From positions 5,399,244 to 5,463,243 of the forward strand of contig CM082597.2 of assembly GCA_040954595.2 (NCBI GenBank): a DNA stretch of 64,000 bases, written 5' to 3'. Below are positions 24,034 to 35,811 of this stretch, piece after piece (the stretch's first letter is position 1; the number at the start of each line of letters is the position of its first letter). Made by a program: the position numbers and the translations under genes. The stretch comes from Balanoglossus misakiensis. Its lineage: Eukaryota; Animalia; Hemichordata. The notes under the pieces are model-generated. The model was not told the origin of the DNA. It made no database searches and saw only the letters and a program-made list of their open reading frames with translations.

Positions 24034-24104
24034 GCATCGGTGGTTCAGTGGTAGAATTCTCGCCTGCCACGCGGGAGGCCCGGGTTCGATTCCCGGCCGA
24101 TGCA
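24034..24104 (+). tRNA. tRNA-Gly-GCC: tRNA-Gly(GCC)
   Basis: Identical 71-nt Gly-GCC sequence. Confidence 0.98.
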
Positions 24105-27072
24105 AGTAATTTTGCGGCATTAATTGAAATACTTAGCAGAATTGACCCCGCTTTTTATTTTGCTATCGGATTTTACCGCATGTTCTCATCAAACAAGCGG
24201 AAGTGTTTGCATAGTTCTCCCACATGGAGAATAATGTCAATGCCAATACACGTCCGACACAGTTTTAACCAGTCCACTGGTCTGTTATTCAGGATTTCAT
24301 AAGCAAAGCCTCTTTTGAGTTTAAGAATGCATTATGATATTAAATTTATTATTGTACATGTAATTGATTCCGTATGACGTGATTTTGAAATATTGGGCAG
24401 CCACCAGAAATGTTTCACTTTCAGAAATGCTTCATTATCTTCGTGATTTATTTGCATAATTCTAGTAAAATTTAATTTGATATTTTGGTTGAAAAGTTGA
24501 AATAATAGTGGTTTTGGATACTTGCTACGCACAGTGGTATTTTAGAAGATATACGGCACTGTCAGTTTCAGTACCGGCAACGGCGGTCGTGTGAGCCCGC
24601 CAATGTCATCCGAGACGCTCGTTCAAACCACTGCGATCCGGTTTGAGTTAACGATCTTGCGCAACGCTAAATTAAAAACAGTATTTGCGCCTTCTAGTTT
24701 ACACGAGTCGTTTGGCTCGGCGTTGTTGACCTTGCTGGGTGTGATCTGGGTCAAGAGTACAACGGACATGATAAATAAAACCCAGATTCTACTTTGGTGT
24801 CTGTCACATGTAAACAATCGATGACTACTAAAACGCAACATAAACAATTATTGACGTCAAGGGATGGGATACAGGCAGCAGTTATGTGTATGGATGTAAG
24901 TTTTACTTCTCAAGTTGAGATGTATGTTGTTTATGTTGATTTTTATTGGTCGTCGGGGACTGTTCTAAAAAAACAACTGGATATGCACTGTGGTACTTCA
25001 GTATTGTCTGACGAACCAACCACGTCACACCAAACAAAACAAAAACACCAGCCGTCGTAAAGTTTCAAGAATGTGACATTTAGTCAGCTTCACAAACACG
25101 TATCAGAATCACGGAAACGTAGGCGGGAATCGTGAATAAAGTCCCACAAACCAAATGAAAAAAATAAATAAAATATTTATGTCGTGGGAATTTTAAATTT
25201 CCTGTCGTTGTTCACCGTGCATGAGTCCATGCTGGCGACTTCCGTGAAATGGTCATAATCAAAGGAGGTGCACCTGTTAAGGATTTCAATAATTCAGCCT
25301 CTTCATTTCAGATTTCAACAAAACCACGCCATTTCCCACGACGACAAATGGCTTAAGTGTCTCTATGGCAACATATATACATTGATTTTCACCATACGGC
25401 ATTGCTGCTACATGGTCAATCTTAAGCCTCTAGAGCTGCCACTTTTTTTGCATTATTTTCATGATTTCATTTTCCAACTTAGATTGGTACATCGAAATAA
25501 GCTTACTGATAGGTATACGTGGACATCTCATCGACGCCCATTTGTGGCTGTATGTTGCAATTTGAACACGCTATAATATTAAACTGGTTTAATCAGCCTC
25601 TATACAAACAGTACGCAGTTATAGTGGTATGCGTCGCCAAGAGATGACAAACTGATGCAAATGCAAGTAATATGGCTTAATGGTAAAGATTTTAGAGGAT
25701 AGGGAATGTATTTGAAGTGTTTCATTGTGGAAAAAATATCTGAAATTTGGCAGCTCTAGAGGCTTTAAAACCAAGCTATGGATATGGTGATGATCAGCCA
25801 TTAGGCCAAAATTCCCAGTTGCATCAAATTCTCTCGAATCGCAAATCATATCGCCCATCACATAAATGTTCACGTAAGGAACATTTTTCGAAGCGCGAAG
25901 TCTGGCTTTCTACCAAGTGTATAATCCATGTAGGCATACAGAGTTTTCCTGAGAATCTACAGAATGCTATTTCAGATACCCTGTTTCACAGTACAACATC
26001 AGAATATCGCGATGGAGACTTTGATACAGAACGCTTGCTACGTCTATTTCTAAATTTAGTTCTGGGCGAAATACATGTATTGACAATTGTTCAAAGTGCT
26101 AACAGAAAAACATGAAATTTCCCAAATCTCGAATATGTGCCATTTTCAAAACCCACACCAATTTATATTCCCGTAATGATGTTGATTCCTCTTCATTCAA
26201 TTAATAATAATTCAATCAACTTTAAAATAAAACCTTGTCTTGTCACATTGAGCGAAAGTACTTACACAGCGCGTCACAGCGAAAACGCAATCTGCGACCA
26301 TCCCACAAGAAAAAAATAACTTTTGAAAAAATAGCAATAATTTTAACTTATGATGATGACAAGGAAAATCTTACCAGCCGTGACAAGTATCAAGAGAGTC
26401 ATTTCCATGGTAACAAACGCGACATTCTTCGATGGCGAGATCAATTCAGAAGTTAGCGTTCACTACCGAAGACCAGCTCCAGCGATGAGCGATGTAGAAT
26501 ATGATAGTCTCAAGTTTGCAACGGCAGTAAATCAAAGCGCTACCGATAAGGACCCCCTAGCACAAGATGATGATCAAATGACTCCCTATCTTAATCGTCG
26601 TCGGCAATGGTCAAAATTTCTAAAAATGAAGAAGTTCCATATTGCTTTTTTAGACAAAAAACTGTAATACAATTACACTTTAACAATGCGACAGGTTTTT
26701 GGGTAGGGAAAATGTGCTACACAATTCGTCGATAACTATATCAGACTGCATGGGAAAGTCGGTTATTACGCGGTCGGGGTGAATACACTGATCTATGGTG
26801 TTTATGTGGTAGGTTTGTATTTCGCCGCCGGGGTCAGAGGTCAGACTTTGGTGACCATAAAACCAAAGACGACATACTTAATTAAAGTTCAACAGTGTCT
26901 GGGAGAAATGGCGACAATCGTGCAATCGTTCACGTCAATAATTTAGTCGTTTCAACGGAAAAGGATACGCAGACCTGTTCGAGCCTGGTAATGGAATTTC
27001 ATGTAATTTTCACTATGTGGATGATCTTAATAAACATATTGTATTATTGGATTGAAAATTTGGAGTGCCGGC

Positions 27073-27278
27073 AGGGAGGGACAAGTTGATTTCTGGGGGG
27101 GGGGGTGGTGGATAGAGGAATTTTAGTACAAAAATGTTTGGGGGGATTCTCATGCAATGCCTTGTGGGATAAGGTGGACCAGCAATCGGCGGGAAAAAAT
27201 GCTGTTACAGTCGCGGGCTGAAAAAAATGGCCGACAAACCCAAATCCTCCACCCCCAGGAATCAAATGGTTCTTCCCT
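27073..27278. mobile_element. Degenerate MITE-like element with G-rich imperfect inverted ends
   Basis: agggagggacaagttgatttctggggg versus reverse complement of the right end, agggaagaaccatttgattcctggggg. Confidence 0.55.
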
Positions 27279-27849
27279 GACTCCGGATGAATGGTGGCCT
27301 TTGTGCAGCGAGACATTAATCAACTATTGAAGTTTGAAGACCGTCTGCGCACCGACAATCAGTCGAGCGTCAAAGTATAGAGGGCACTCGCAGCATCGCA
27401 ATTTACTGTGAGTGAACGACAGACATCACGTGACATGAAACAGTGGCCATTTTAGAGTCATATTGTTGTTATCACTAAAAGAACACCAGAGTGCGCTGTT
27501 TCGCCGGGGTGAGATCAAGTTGAGATCAAAGACTCGATCTGCACACATAACTACACGGACACATGAGTTAAGTAACCCTATGGTGAATAAGGGATCTGTG
27601 ATAATGATTTGTACACATGTTCGATTATTTTCTCTCATTATATGGTCGATTGAAAAAAATCCCCACAAAAACTGGGCTATACTGTACGTATAAACGATTC
27701 ACTGAAACTGTCACCGAGGGCGCTATAGAGGAACAAAGATCAACATCAGCGCCCTTTGTGATAGAATCGCGTGCATAGTCCGAATGGTGTCAGAGAATGC
27801 AGAGCTTGGTTATTTCAATGCCAGGGTTGGTGATTGGTAGGATTCACCG

Positions 27850-28015
27850 TAGACTCTCTCACAGCCCCTCTCGTCGTCCATGCAGGCTTATGGACTGACT
27901 GCATGTGTGCCCGCCGAGAAGGGGCCCTAAGGTTAGCTACACAACACCAGACGGTCCTTCTCCCTTGCCAAACGGTTGAGGGCGCATAGCGAACCGTGGG
28001 CTGTGAGAGAGTCTA
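27850..28015. mobile_element. MITE (166 bp) with perfect 18-bp TIRs and an 8-9 bp target-site duplication
   Basis: tagactctctcacagccc (27850-27867) and gggctgtgagagagtcta (27998-28015); flanked by gattcacc(g) at 27841 and gattcacc(a) at 28016. Confidence 0.85.
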
Positions 28016-28376
28016 GATTCACCACGGAAATGTGGTTATTTCTCGAGAGATTTACTTGAGGAGCATTCAAAATTCCCAAAGGTAAGACAGAATGTGGTGC
28101 AATTTTCAGACTAACAAAAAAACCTGCGTTGTGTACAAATGCAGCATACTTCCCCAATTTGCAACCAATAATATAAAAAAATCACAGATAAATCTATCAA
28201 AGATGATACCTCTTTTGTCATTCAAATTAAGCATAAATGGGACACACTGGGCATATCTTGACAGCGCAGTTGCATTCATAGTTGCTGACCTTAGTATGTT
28301 ATACAGTGGGAAAATCAACAGGTGCGAATTGTTGATATAGAGATATTAACTGATACAGTCAAATGTAGCTATCGCA

Positions 28377-28447
28377 GCATCGGTGGTTCAGTGGTAGAAT
28401 TCTCGCCTGCCACGCGGGAGGCCCGGGTTCGATTCCCGGCCGATGCA
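28377..28447 (+). tRNA. tRNA-Gly-GCC: tRNA-Gly(GCC)
   Basis: Identical 71-nt Gly-GCC sequence with T6 downstream. Confidence 0.98.
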
Positions 28448-29469
28448 TGATATTATTTTTATCGATATTTACAGGTTTCAACCGGATATTACATTTGTAG
28501 AGACTTCGGTTTAATCTGTGAACGTGCACGTTTGCCAATATTCCAATATTACAGGTACCTACGTCTATGTACACAGCTTACCAGAAATCGGAAAACTTTG
28601 TGTGTCTTTTTGCTCACAATCTTGAGATAATTAATAACTCTCATTAGGTACCACAAAAATATTAAAGGTGAAGTTTGATCCAGCTGATTTGGTAGCCTAG
28701 AGGACACTCTTTAAGAAAAAAAACCGTTCTCACCATGTATAAGTCAGGCGATATTTTACAATACGAGGAAAGATGTCAGAATTTCCAACGTGGCGTTTGC
28801 TGTAATTTGAATCATGGAAAAAGGACACCAGGACCAACTTCCGCCCAACTTGGTGTGGGCGATACCATTTTCCGATTGGTGTCACTGCACGACAGGCTAA
28901 CCGTATTTGCATAGCTATTGTTTGTACTTTACATAGCGCCGTTTACGTTGTGTCCGCCATTATTTTGTTTTCTGCACACGGTACACAACACTCGGCTGAA
29001 CCCCATCAGAATGACACGAACCCAGAGGCATATTAAAATATCACGACCTTCGAAAATCCACGTCGGCTGAAGGCCGTAAAGAGTTATGCAAATATACTGC
29101 TGGCATGCTCCTATAGTTGTACCTGCATTGGTCGGAAAGGGATTGCGAGAGGTCACAAACAAGCATTATATACTTCTGTGCTGTAGCATAATGCTATCAT
29201 GACCTCTGCAACTTGGTACGTTTGCGGGGTATATAATATGGAAAAATTAACGTTTTGCTGCATGAAAAGTAAAAAAATCTGTCCCTGAAATACGTTATAC
29301 ATGGCAATTCAATATAGGATTCATTGAGAATGGTTGGCTCTTACAGAATAATGAATCAAATAGAATAAAAAAAAACCAAGTCACGTAGATAGGGGTCATG
29401 CAAGTGGCCTTTGGGGCCAGACGCAATGTACAATATTTAAATCTGTGAACGCATTTGGCAGCTCAAACC

Positions 29470-31785
29470 ATGGCCTCTACAGACATGTACCTGCTAGTCG
29501 AGGCCTTTCTCGCACTGACTTTGATAGTTCTGTCTGCAGTGTGGTTCCTAGGGCGACGTAATCTACCACCTGGTCCCTGGGGATTGCCTTTTATTGGGTG
29601 TTTATTGCGTCTTGGCGAAAGGCCGCACAAGACTTTCAATGGGTGGGCCAAAATCTACGGCGACGTGTTCAGCGTGCGGCTGGGGACGGAACTGGTAGTG
29701 GTACTCAACAGCCACAAAGCTATCAAGGATGCTTTCGTCAAGCGGGCGTCACAGTTCTCATCACGGCCTGCCAATGGAAGCATCATACAAGTCTTCGGCG
29801 ACAAAGGTATATAAACTAGATATTTTATCGCTAAGAAACTAATGAAGCGCAAAGACGTTCATCTCCACCTTCAGCTGTGGAAACGCAGCTGTTCCGCCGA
29901 GGGGGTTTAAATTATGCAAAATATAAAATGCAAATCTTGTAAAATGCATATGATGTCAAAATTTCACTGACAACTAATATTGTTTAAAGAATATTAACAT
30001 GAAATAACATGTATTTAACAAAATGATATACAATATATGTATAGTAGTTTATTGATCTTTTATATAACATAATTTATTTGTTCCCCCCAGGCGTTGTTGG
30101 TGTTCCATGGCCAGTATGTCGAAATGTTAGAAAACACGTTAGACACACCCTACAAGAGCTTGGAATGGCAAAGCACGCGACGGAACATCGAATTCACGAA
30201 GAAAACGAATATCTCATCAGCAGCCTTCGAGAATTAAACGGTGAACCGGCAGATTTGGAGCACCTCATAATGAATGCTTTTTCTAACATCATGTGTAACA
30301 TGCTTTTTGGTAAGAGGTTTGATTACAGCGACGGTGGGTTCAGACATTTATTGAAACTCGCTTCGAATTTGGACCGAAATGTCGAGGCATCGGTCTTGCT
30401 GAACTTTTACCCGTTCTTATGGCGTGCGCCAGTGCCAGCAGTGAAGAAAATTCGCGACACCTACAAAGAGATGATCGACTATATGAAGAATGAAATTGAC
30501 AAGCGTCGCTCGGCCAACCAGCACGACTGTGTCCAGGAATCATTCATAGATGCCTACGTATTGCTCGAGGAGAAATATCAGAAGCATCTCTCAGCAGACG
30601 ACAGGTCACCAGAAATATTTGGGAACCCTGAATGCCTTCCTGGTTTATTGGTGGAGCTTTTAATGGCGGCAACATCCACAGTTTCACTTACCCTACGTTG
30701 GGGTCTGTTACACTTATGTCTCAACCCGGCTGTGCAGGAGAAATGCTTCCAGGAAATCAAAGATGTCGTCGGGCTGGACACTGCCCCAACGTTCGCTGAG
30801 AAATCCAAACTGCCCTACCTAGAAGCCGTGACGCTGGAAATTCACAGAATAGCATTTATTGTGCCGTTAGGCTTGCACCATTCCCCCCACCAGGACGCCG
30901 ACTTGTATGGATACACTATTCCTAAAGGAACGATGATTTTCGCCAACTTGTGGGCTGTACACATGGATGAGCGAAACTGGCCCAGCCCAGAAAAGTTCGA
31001 TCCTTCTCGGTTCCTGGATGAAAATGAGAAAGTGATTAACAGAGAGAAGATTATCCCATTCTCAATCGGTAAGAGCTGCTGATGCAATATGAAAAAATAA
31101 AACTGTCAGATTTTTGCTCCGAACAACAAGATAGGATATCTACGTCATAGGCATTAAAGGCTCCAAAATTTGCATTCCGCGCTGCCAAATTTCAAAAGTC
31201 TCTACTGATTGTTTTTCTCTAACGACCCCAAATGTTAACCGAGTTCGTCAGATAATGTTTTTTTTTCTCCAGATTTTAAACAACTGGTTAAGAATTTGAA
31301 ATGTTGCTGTAGGGTATGAAACCAGTGTAATTGAGCCTGGGAATGTCTTAATTTGTGTCGTCTTGACATTACTACTTAATACAAGCTACTGTGTGCCCAT
31401 TCCTCCCATACAGTATGGATAGGTTTCCATTTCCCAAACTCTTTTCATTTATTCTGATTTTCTGATATTTTATCACCCACACTGTAACTTCCATACTTCC
31501 CTTCGATGACCCATATTAGGAGTTGCTTATTAGCATAAAAATTAACATATCGTTAATATGTAGAACGCGATCTGACCAATGACGTGCTTATACCTTTCAG
31601 GTGGAAGAGACTGTATCGGATCAGAACTGGCCAAGATGGAGATCTTTCTCTTTCTGTCCCGACTGATCCAAGAATTCAAATTCAAGTTACCGGATGGTGA
31701 AGCAACTCCGTCGCTCGAGGGGAAATTTGCCAGCTTACACGTACCGGATAACCACAAAATTGAGGCCTTGAAACGTTCAGAGTGA
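29470..31785 (+). CDS. Cytochrome P450, CYP2 clan, 499 aa; exons 29470-29806, 30091-31068, 31601-31785
   Basis: N-terminal membrane anchor, LPPGPWGLPFIG hinge, K-helix EIHR, FDPSRF, heme loop PFSIG/GRDCIG; both introns are GT-AG phase 1; the spliced CDS is 1500 nt and intact. Confidence 0.95.
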
Positions 31786-33107
31786 GAACAGACTGGGCAT
31801 TCAAGTAATGAAATGATGCTAGTTCACTGAAAACAGGTTGAGCTGCACAGAAATATTGCACTGACCATCACTTTTCAAGTTGATCAACACAGTAAACAAA
31901 GAAAAAAAATATTGTATGCTTTTTCTATATGTTTTCACACAGTTTTTTTCTGCAAATTTATGACTTCATAGTGTACTTACTATATTATCTTTATTATGCC
32001 ATTAATTGGTTATTAAGTACTAATGTAATTTTTGTTAATTGATTTGTTTGTAATTTCATATTATTGGAAACTTGCATCTTTTTTGTTCAGCAGTCGACTT
32101 TTATTTAGTAATTTTGCCCCAAATTATTGATCATCATTATGATACTGCTTATTTGGTCATTATGCCATCCATTCATAATGTGATGTATTTTATACCTACA
32201 TTCGTTTCTTGCCTTTATTTGGTTAATATTTCGTCTTTATTTAGCCGTACTAAATTAGCAAGATCAGTGTGCTTTAGTTGTTAATTGGTTATTCGGTCAT
32301 TATTATTGCATTATTTGGCCGTTATATGGCATTGTTTTGATGTTTGACTCAGTTATAAAATTAACCTGTACTTGTACCATTTTATCGATGACTGCAGAAC
32401 AATTTCATCTCAGTTTTGTGGTATTGTTTCAGCACATGAATAAGTTAAAAGATTAAGTGAGTTGGAAATTGTATTTGCCGATGTAGTTTAACAGGCAGAA
32501 TTACTTGCTACATTAGATATTCATACTGACACCCCCAAATTTTTTCACAAGTCAATCTCAATATAACTTTTATGAGCAACTTTTCGAGAATTAATAAACC
32601 TTAGAATGTCACGTGTCAATTTTCTTTGCAACGTGCAGTATCGTGTCATACCACAGGCGCCATAACCCTTGTTACGTGAACCAATTAACTGTCCACAGTC
32701 ACTCCGCCTATCTCAAAAATGTCCTTGTATAGGCCTAAGGATTGGTCTTGTATCAAACATAATTAATGGAGAAAGGGCAGAGAGAGAGAGAGGCTTTGTC
32801 CCCTTAAAGCATTATGATTTTTGGCTGGCATTCAATAGAACTTTCATACAAATGTAGTTGTTTACACCAGGGTGAAATGCAAATTGGCCCGTCGATCAGA
32901 AAACGATCTTTCACCAAACATTCTCGAGTGAAAAAAAAGATTTATGAGACGGAAAAAAGTCGATTTTACAGTCTTTAAAAACAAGACGTTTGCATGCGAG
33001 TCGCCTTTCCGTGCACGTAATTGGGGGCATTAGGTCAACGCCCTTTATTTGAACCATGGATGGAACACTGCCAGGAGTTACGTGCTCACCTAACACTACC
33101 CAGTCCA

Positions 33108-33651
33108 GGGTAAGCCTAATTCAAGATTCACGTTTCAAGTTTCACGTTTCACAGCCCAAGATTCATATTCTGATTCAGATTCGAGTCTTGTCTAATATGT
33201 TTATGCTGCCGTAACCAGGGGTGCGTACGATTGTTTATTGTCCTCGATCCCCGCCCGCGCCCAAGCAAGGTTCCCCAAATATTCTGTTCGATTATCGCGT
33301 GACGTCATTGTCGGGTATCTCTTCAAGTTCAGTTTCAACAGCATTTTTTCAAAGAGATGCACCCTATTTATTATTTTCTAACACATGAATGACCCTAGGC
33401 CTGAGATCGCACCATGGCCTGCAATCTCGGTATTCACAGATACTTTTAAGCGTAATTCTGATATAATTAGTAGGTTTAGGGTCCGGGTACATTTTACAAC
33501 CGATAACTAAAGCAAAAGGACTAATTCCTATATTCTGAATCAAGTGAATGAAATGTAGACGGCGAAAGGACGTGACAAGACGCGAATCTGAATCAGAATA
33601 TGAATCTTGGGCTGTGGAACGTGAAACGTGAATCTTGAATAAGGCTTACCC
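33108..33651. mobile_element. MITE / non-autonomous DNA transposon (544 bp) with ~80-bp TIRs and an 8-bp (alternatively 10-bp) target-site duplication
   Basis: Left TIR 33108-33192 gggtaagcctaattcaagattcacgtttc...gattcagattcgagtcttgtc; right TIR 33574-33651; ccagtcca at 33100-33107 and 33652-33659. Confidence 0.92.
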
Positions 33652-33733
33652 CCAGTCCAGGGTATTACTGCAGCAAAATTGCGACAAAGTCACTAAATGT
33701 TAAAGTAAGTAAACAGTTCCAGCAGAAGAAAAT

Positions 33734-35811
33734 ATGGCGTACACAGACAGCTTGACAAATCCCTTCGTCGTACTGGCAGTGACTGTTTTGTTCACAGTTT
33801 GGTTCCTAAGCCGACGCGGTAACCTACCACCTGGTCCCTGGGGACTGCCTATCATTGGGTGTTTATTTCGTCTCGGTGAAAGACCTTACAAAACGTTTAA
33901 TGATTGGGCCAAAATCTATGGCGACGTGTTCAGCGTACGGCTGGGGACGGAACTGGTAGTGGTACTCAACAGCCATCAAGCCATCAAGGATGCTTTCGTC
34001 AAGCGAGCTTCCCAATTCTCATCTCGGCCTCAAGTTGGAAGCTATACACTCCCCCAAAATAAAGGTAAACTTTTTAAATCCGTATAATTCTCGTGTTCTT
34101 CAGGCGGTCACCCCATAGCCTTGTTTGTGTAAGGGTATTAGTCACCCCATTGCCTTGGTCAGGTAACGGTATTAGTCACCCCATTGCCTTGGTGGAGTAA
34201 CGGTATTTATTACTCACCCCATTGCCGCTGCCGTTACACAACCAAGGCAATGGGGTGACTAATACCGTTACACAATCAAGGCTATACCGTACACCTTTAA
34301 CATATACATGTATACCATTTATCAGTCGTTCGTATGTGTGTTATTACTTTGTTTGTATTCCTCTAGGCATCATCAGTTCCCTCTGGCCAGTGTGTAGAGA
34401 CCTCAGAAGACAATGTAGGCACATTCTGCACGAACTCGGAATGGCAAAACGCGCGACGGAAGAGAGAATTCACGAAGAAAACGAATATCTCGTCAGCAGC
34501 CTTCGAGAATTGAACGGTGAACCGACAGATTTAGAGCACCTCGTTATGAATGCAGTTTCTAACATCACATGCAACATGCTTTTTGGGAAGAGGTTTGAGT
34601 ACGACGACGACAATTTCAGACATTTGTTAGAGACGCTTTCGGATTTCGAGAGGGAAATTGATGCGTCGAGCGTGCTGACCTTCATTCCTTTGCTGTGGCA
34701 CCTGCCCATACCAGCAGCAACGAGGCTTCGGCGTTCCTTTGAGGAGTTATCCGACTGCGTGAGGACCGAAATCGACAAGCATCTTCTGACAAAGCCGCCC
34801 GACTCCGAGCGAGAATCATTCATAGATACCTACTTATTGCTGAAGAAGAAATACCAGAAACTCGGATCATCAGACGACAATTTATCAGAAATCTTTGGTG
34901 ATGATGAATATTTTAAGAGATCGGTGACTGACTTGTTTATCGGGGGTTCATCAACCACTTCAGTTACCCTGCTCTGGGGTCTGCTGTATTTATGCCTGCA
35001 CCCGGATGTGCAGGAGAAATGCTTCCAGGAAATCAAAGATGTCATCGGGCTGGACACTGCCCCAACGTTCGCTGATAAATCCAGACTGCCCTACCTAGAA
35101 GCCGTGGCGCTGGAGATCCAGAGAATGGCCTCCATTTCCCCGTTAGGCTTGCCCCATGAACCGCAGCAAGATGCTAATCTGTACGGCTACACTATTCCAA
35201 AAGGGACAATGGTCTTAGCCAACTTGTGGGCCGTCCATAAGACTTCGCGATACTGGGCAAATCCAGACATGTTTGATCCTTCTCGATTTCTGGATGAAAA
35301 TGGCAAGGTTGTCAACAGAGAGAAGATTATCCCATTTTCAATCGGTAAGAAGTGTATACCAGGTTCACACTTGGTGAAACTTGAAACGTTTCAGAGACAC
35401 AGTTCGCCGTTTGTAAACACCGAGGATTGATCCTTTGAGTCACAAACTCATGCAATGTCACCTACCCAATAATTGCACCTGACGACTAAAAAATGAATCA
35501 CATGCTTCATTATGCTTGCGAAGTGGCGTCTATCAGTAATTCCAGGTTATTTTTTCAGCATTTTGTTTGATGTGTCAATTTTACCTAAACCTTACTGACT
35601 TTATACATTTTGTCTTTTTACTCCAGGTGGCAGAGACTGCATCGGTTCCGGACTGGCCAAGATGGAAATATTCCTCTTTCTGTCTCGGTGGATTCAAGAA
35701 TTCAAGTTCAAGTTACCCGATGGCGAACCTATCCCACCACTGGAGGGGAGAGTTGCAAGTTTACTTCAGCCAGAAAGTTACAAAATTGTGGCCTTAAAAC
35801 GCAAAGAGTAA
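33734..35811 (+). CDS. Cytochrome P450, CYP2 clan, tandem paralog, 497 aa; exons 33734-34064, 34367-35344, 35627-35811
   Basis: LPPGPWGLPIIG, EIQR, FDPSRF, PFSIG/GRDCIG; same intron positions and same exon 2 and 3 lengths (978, 185) as the upstream paralog; CDS 1494 nt, intact. Confidence 0.95.
34107..34285. repeat. Intronic 34-bp minisatellite (~3.5 copies) plus an inverted copy
   Basis: Unit gtcaccccattgccttggtcaggtaacggtatta; 34231-34285 is a near reverse complement of 34115-34169. Confidence 0.85.

Noticed and set aside
27711-27761. Inverted pair of CTCF-like agggcgct motifs
   Set aside because: Only the 3' half of the CTCF consensus matches; insufficient without ChIP data.
18108-28447. 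tRNA copies as tRNA-derived SINEs
   Set aside because: Full-length, essentially invariant cloverleaves followed by T-run terminators, with no shared SINE body, tail or TSD.
17933-28574. Recurrent ORF peptides IGGSVVEFSPATREARVRFPADA, HRPGIEPGPPAWQAR and ARWSRGMIPALGAGGPGFKSRTSP
   Set aside because: These are translations of the tRNA genes, not a protein family.
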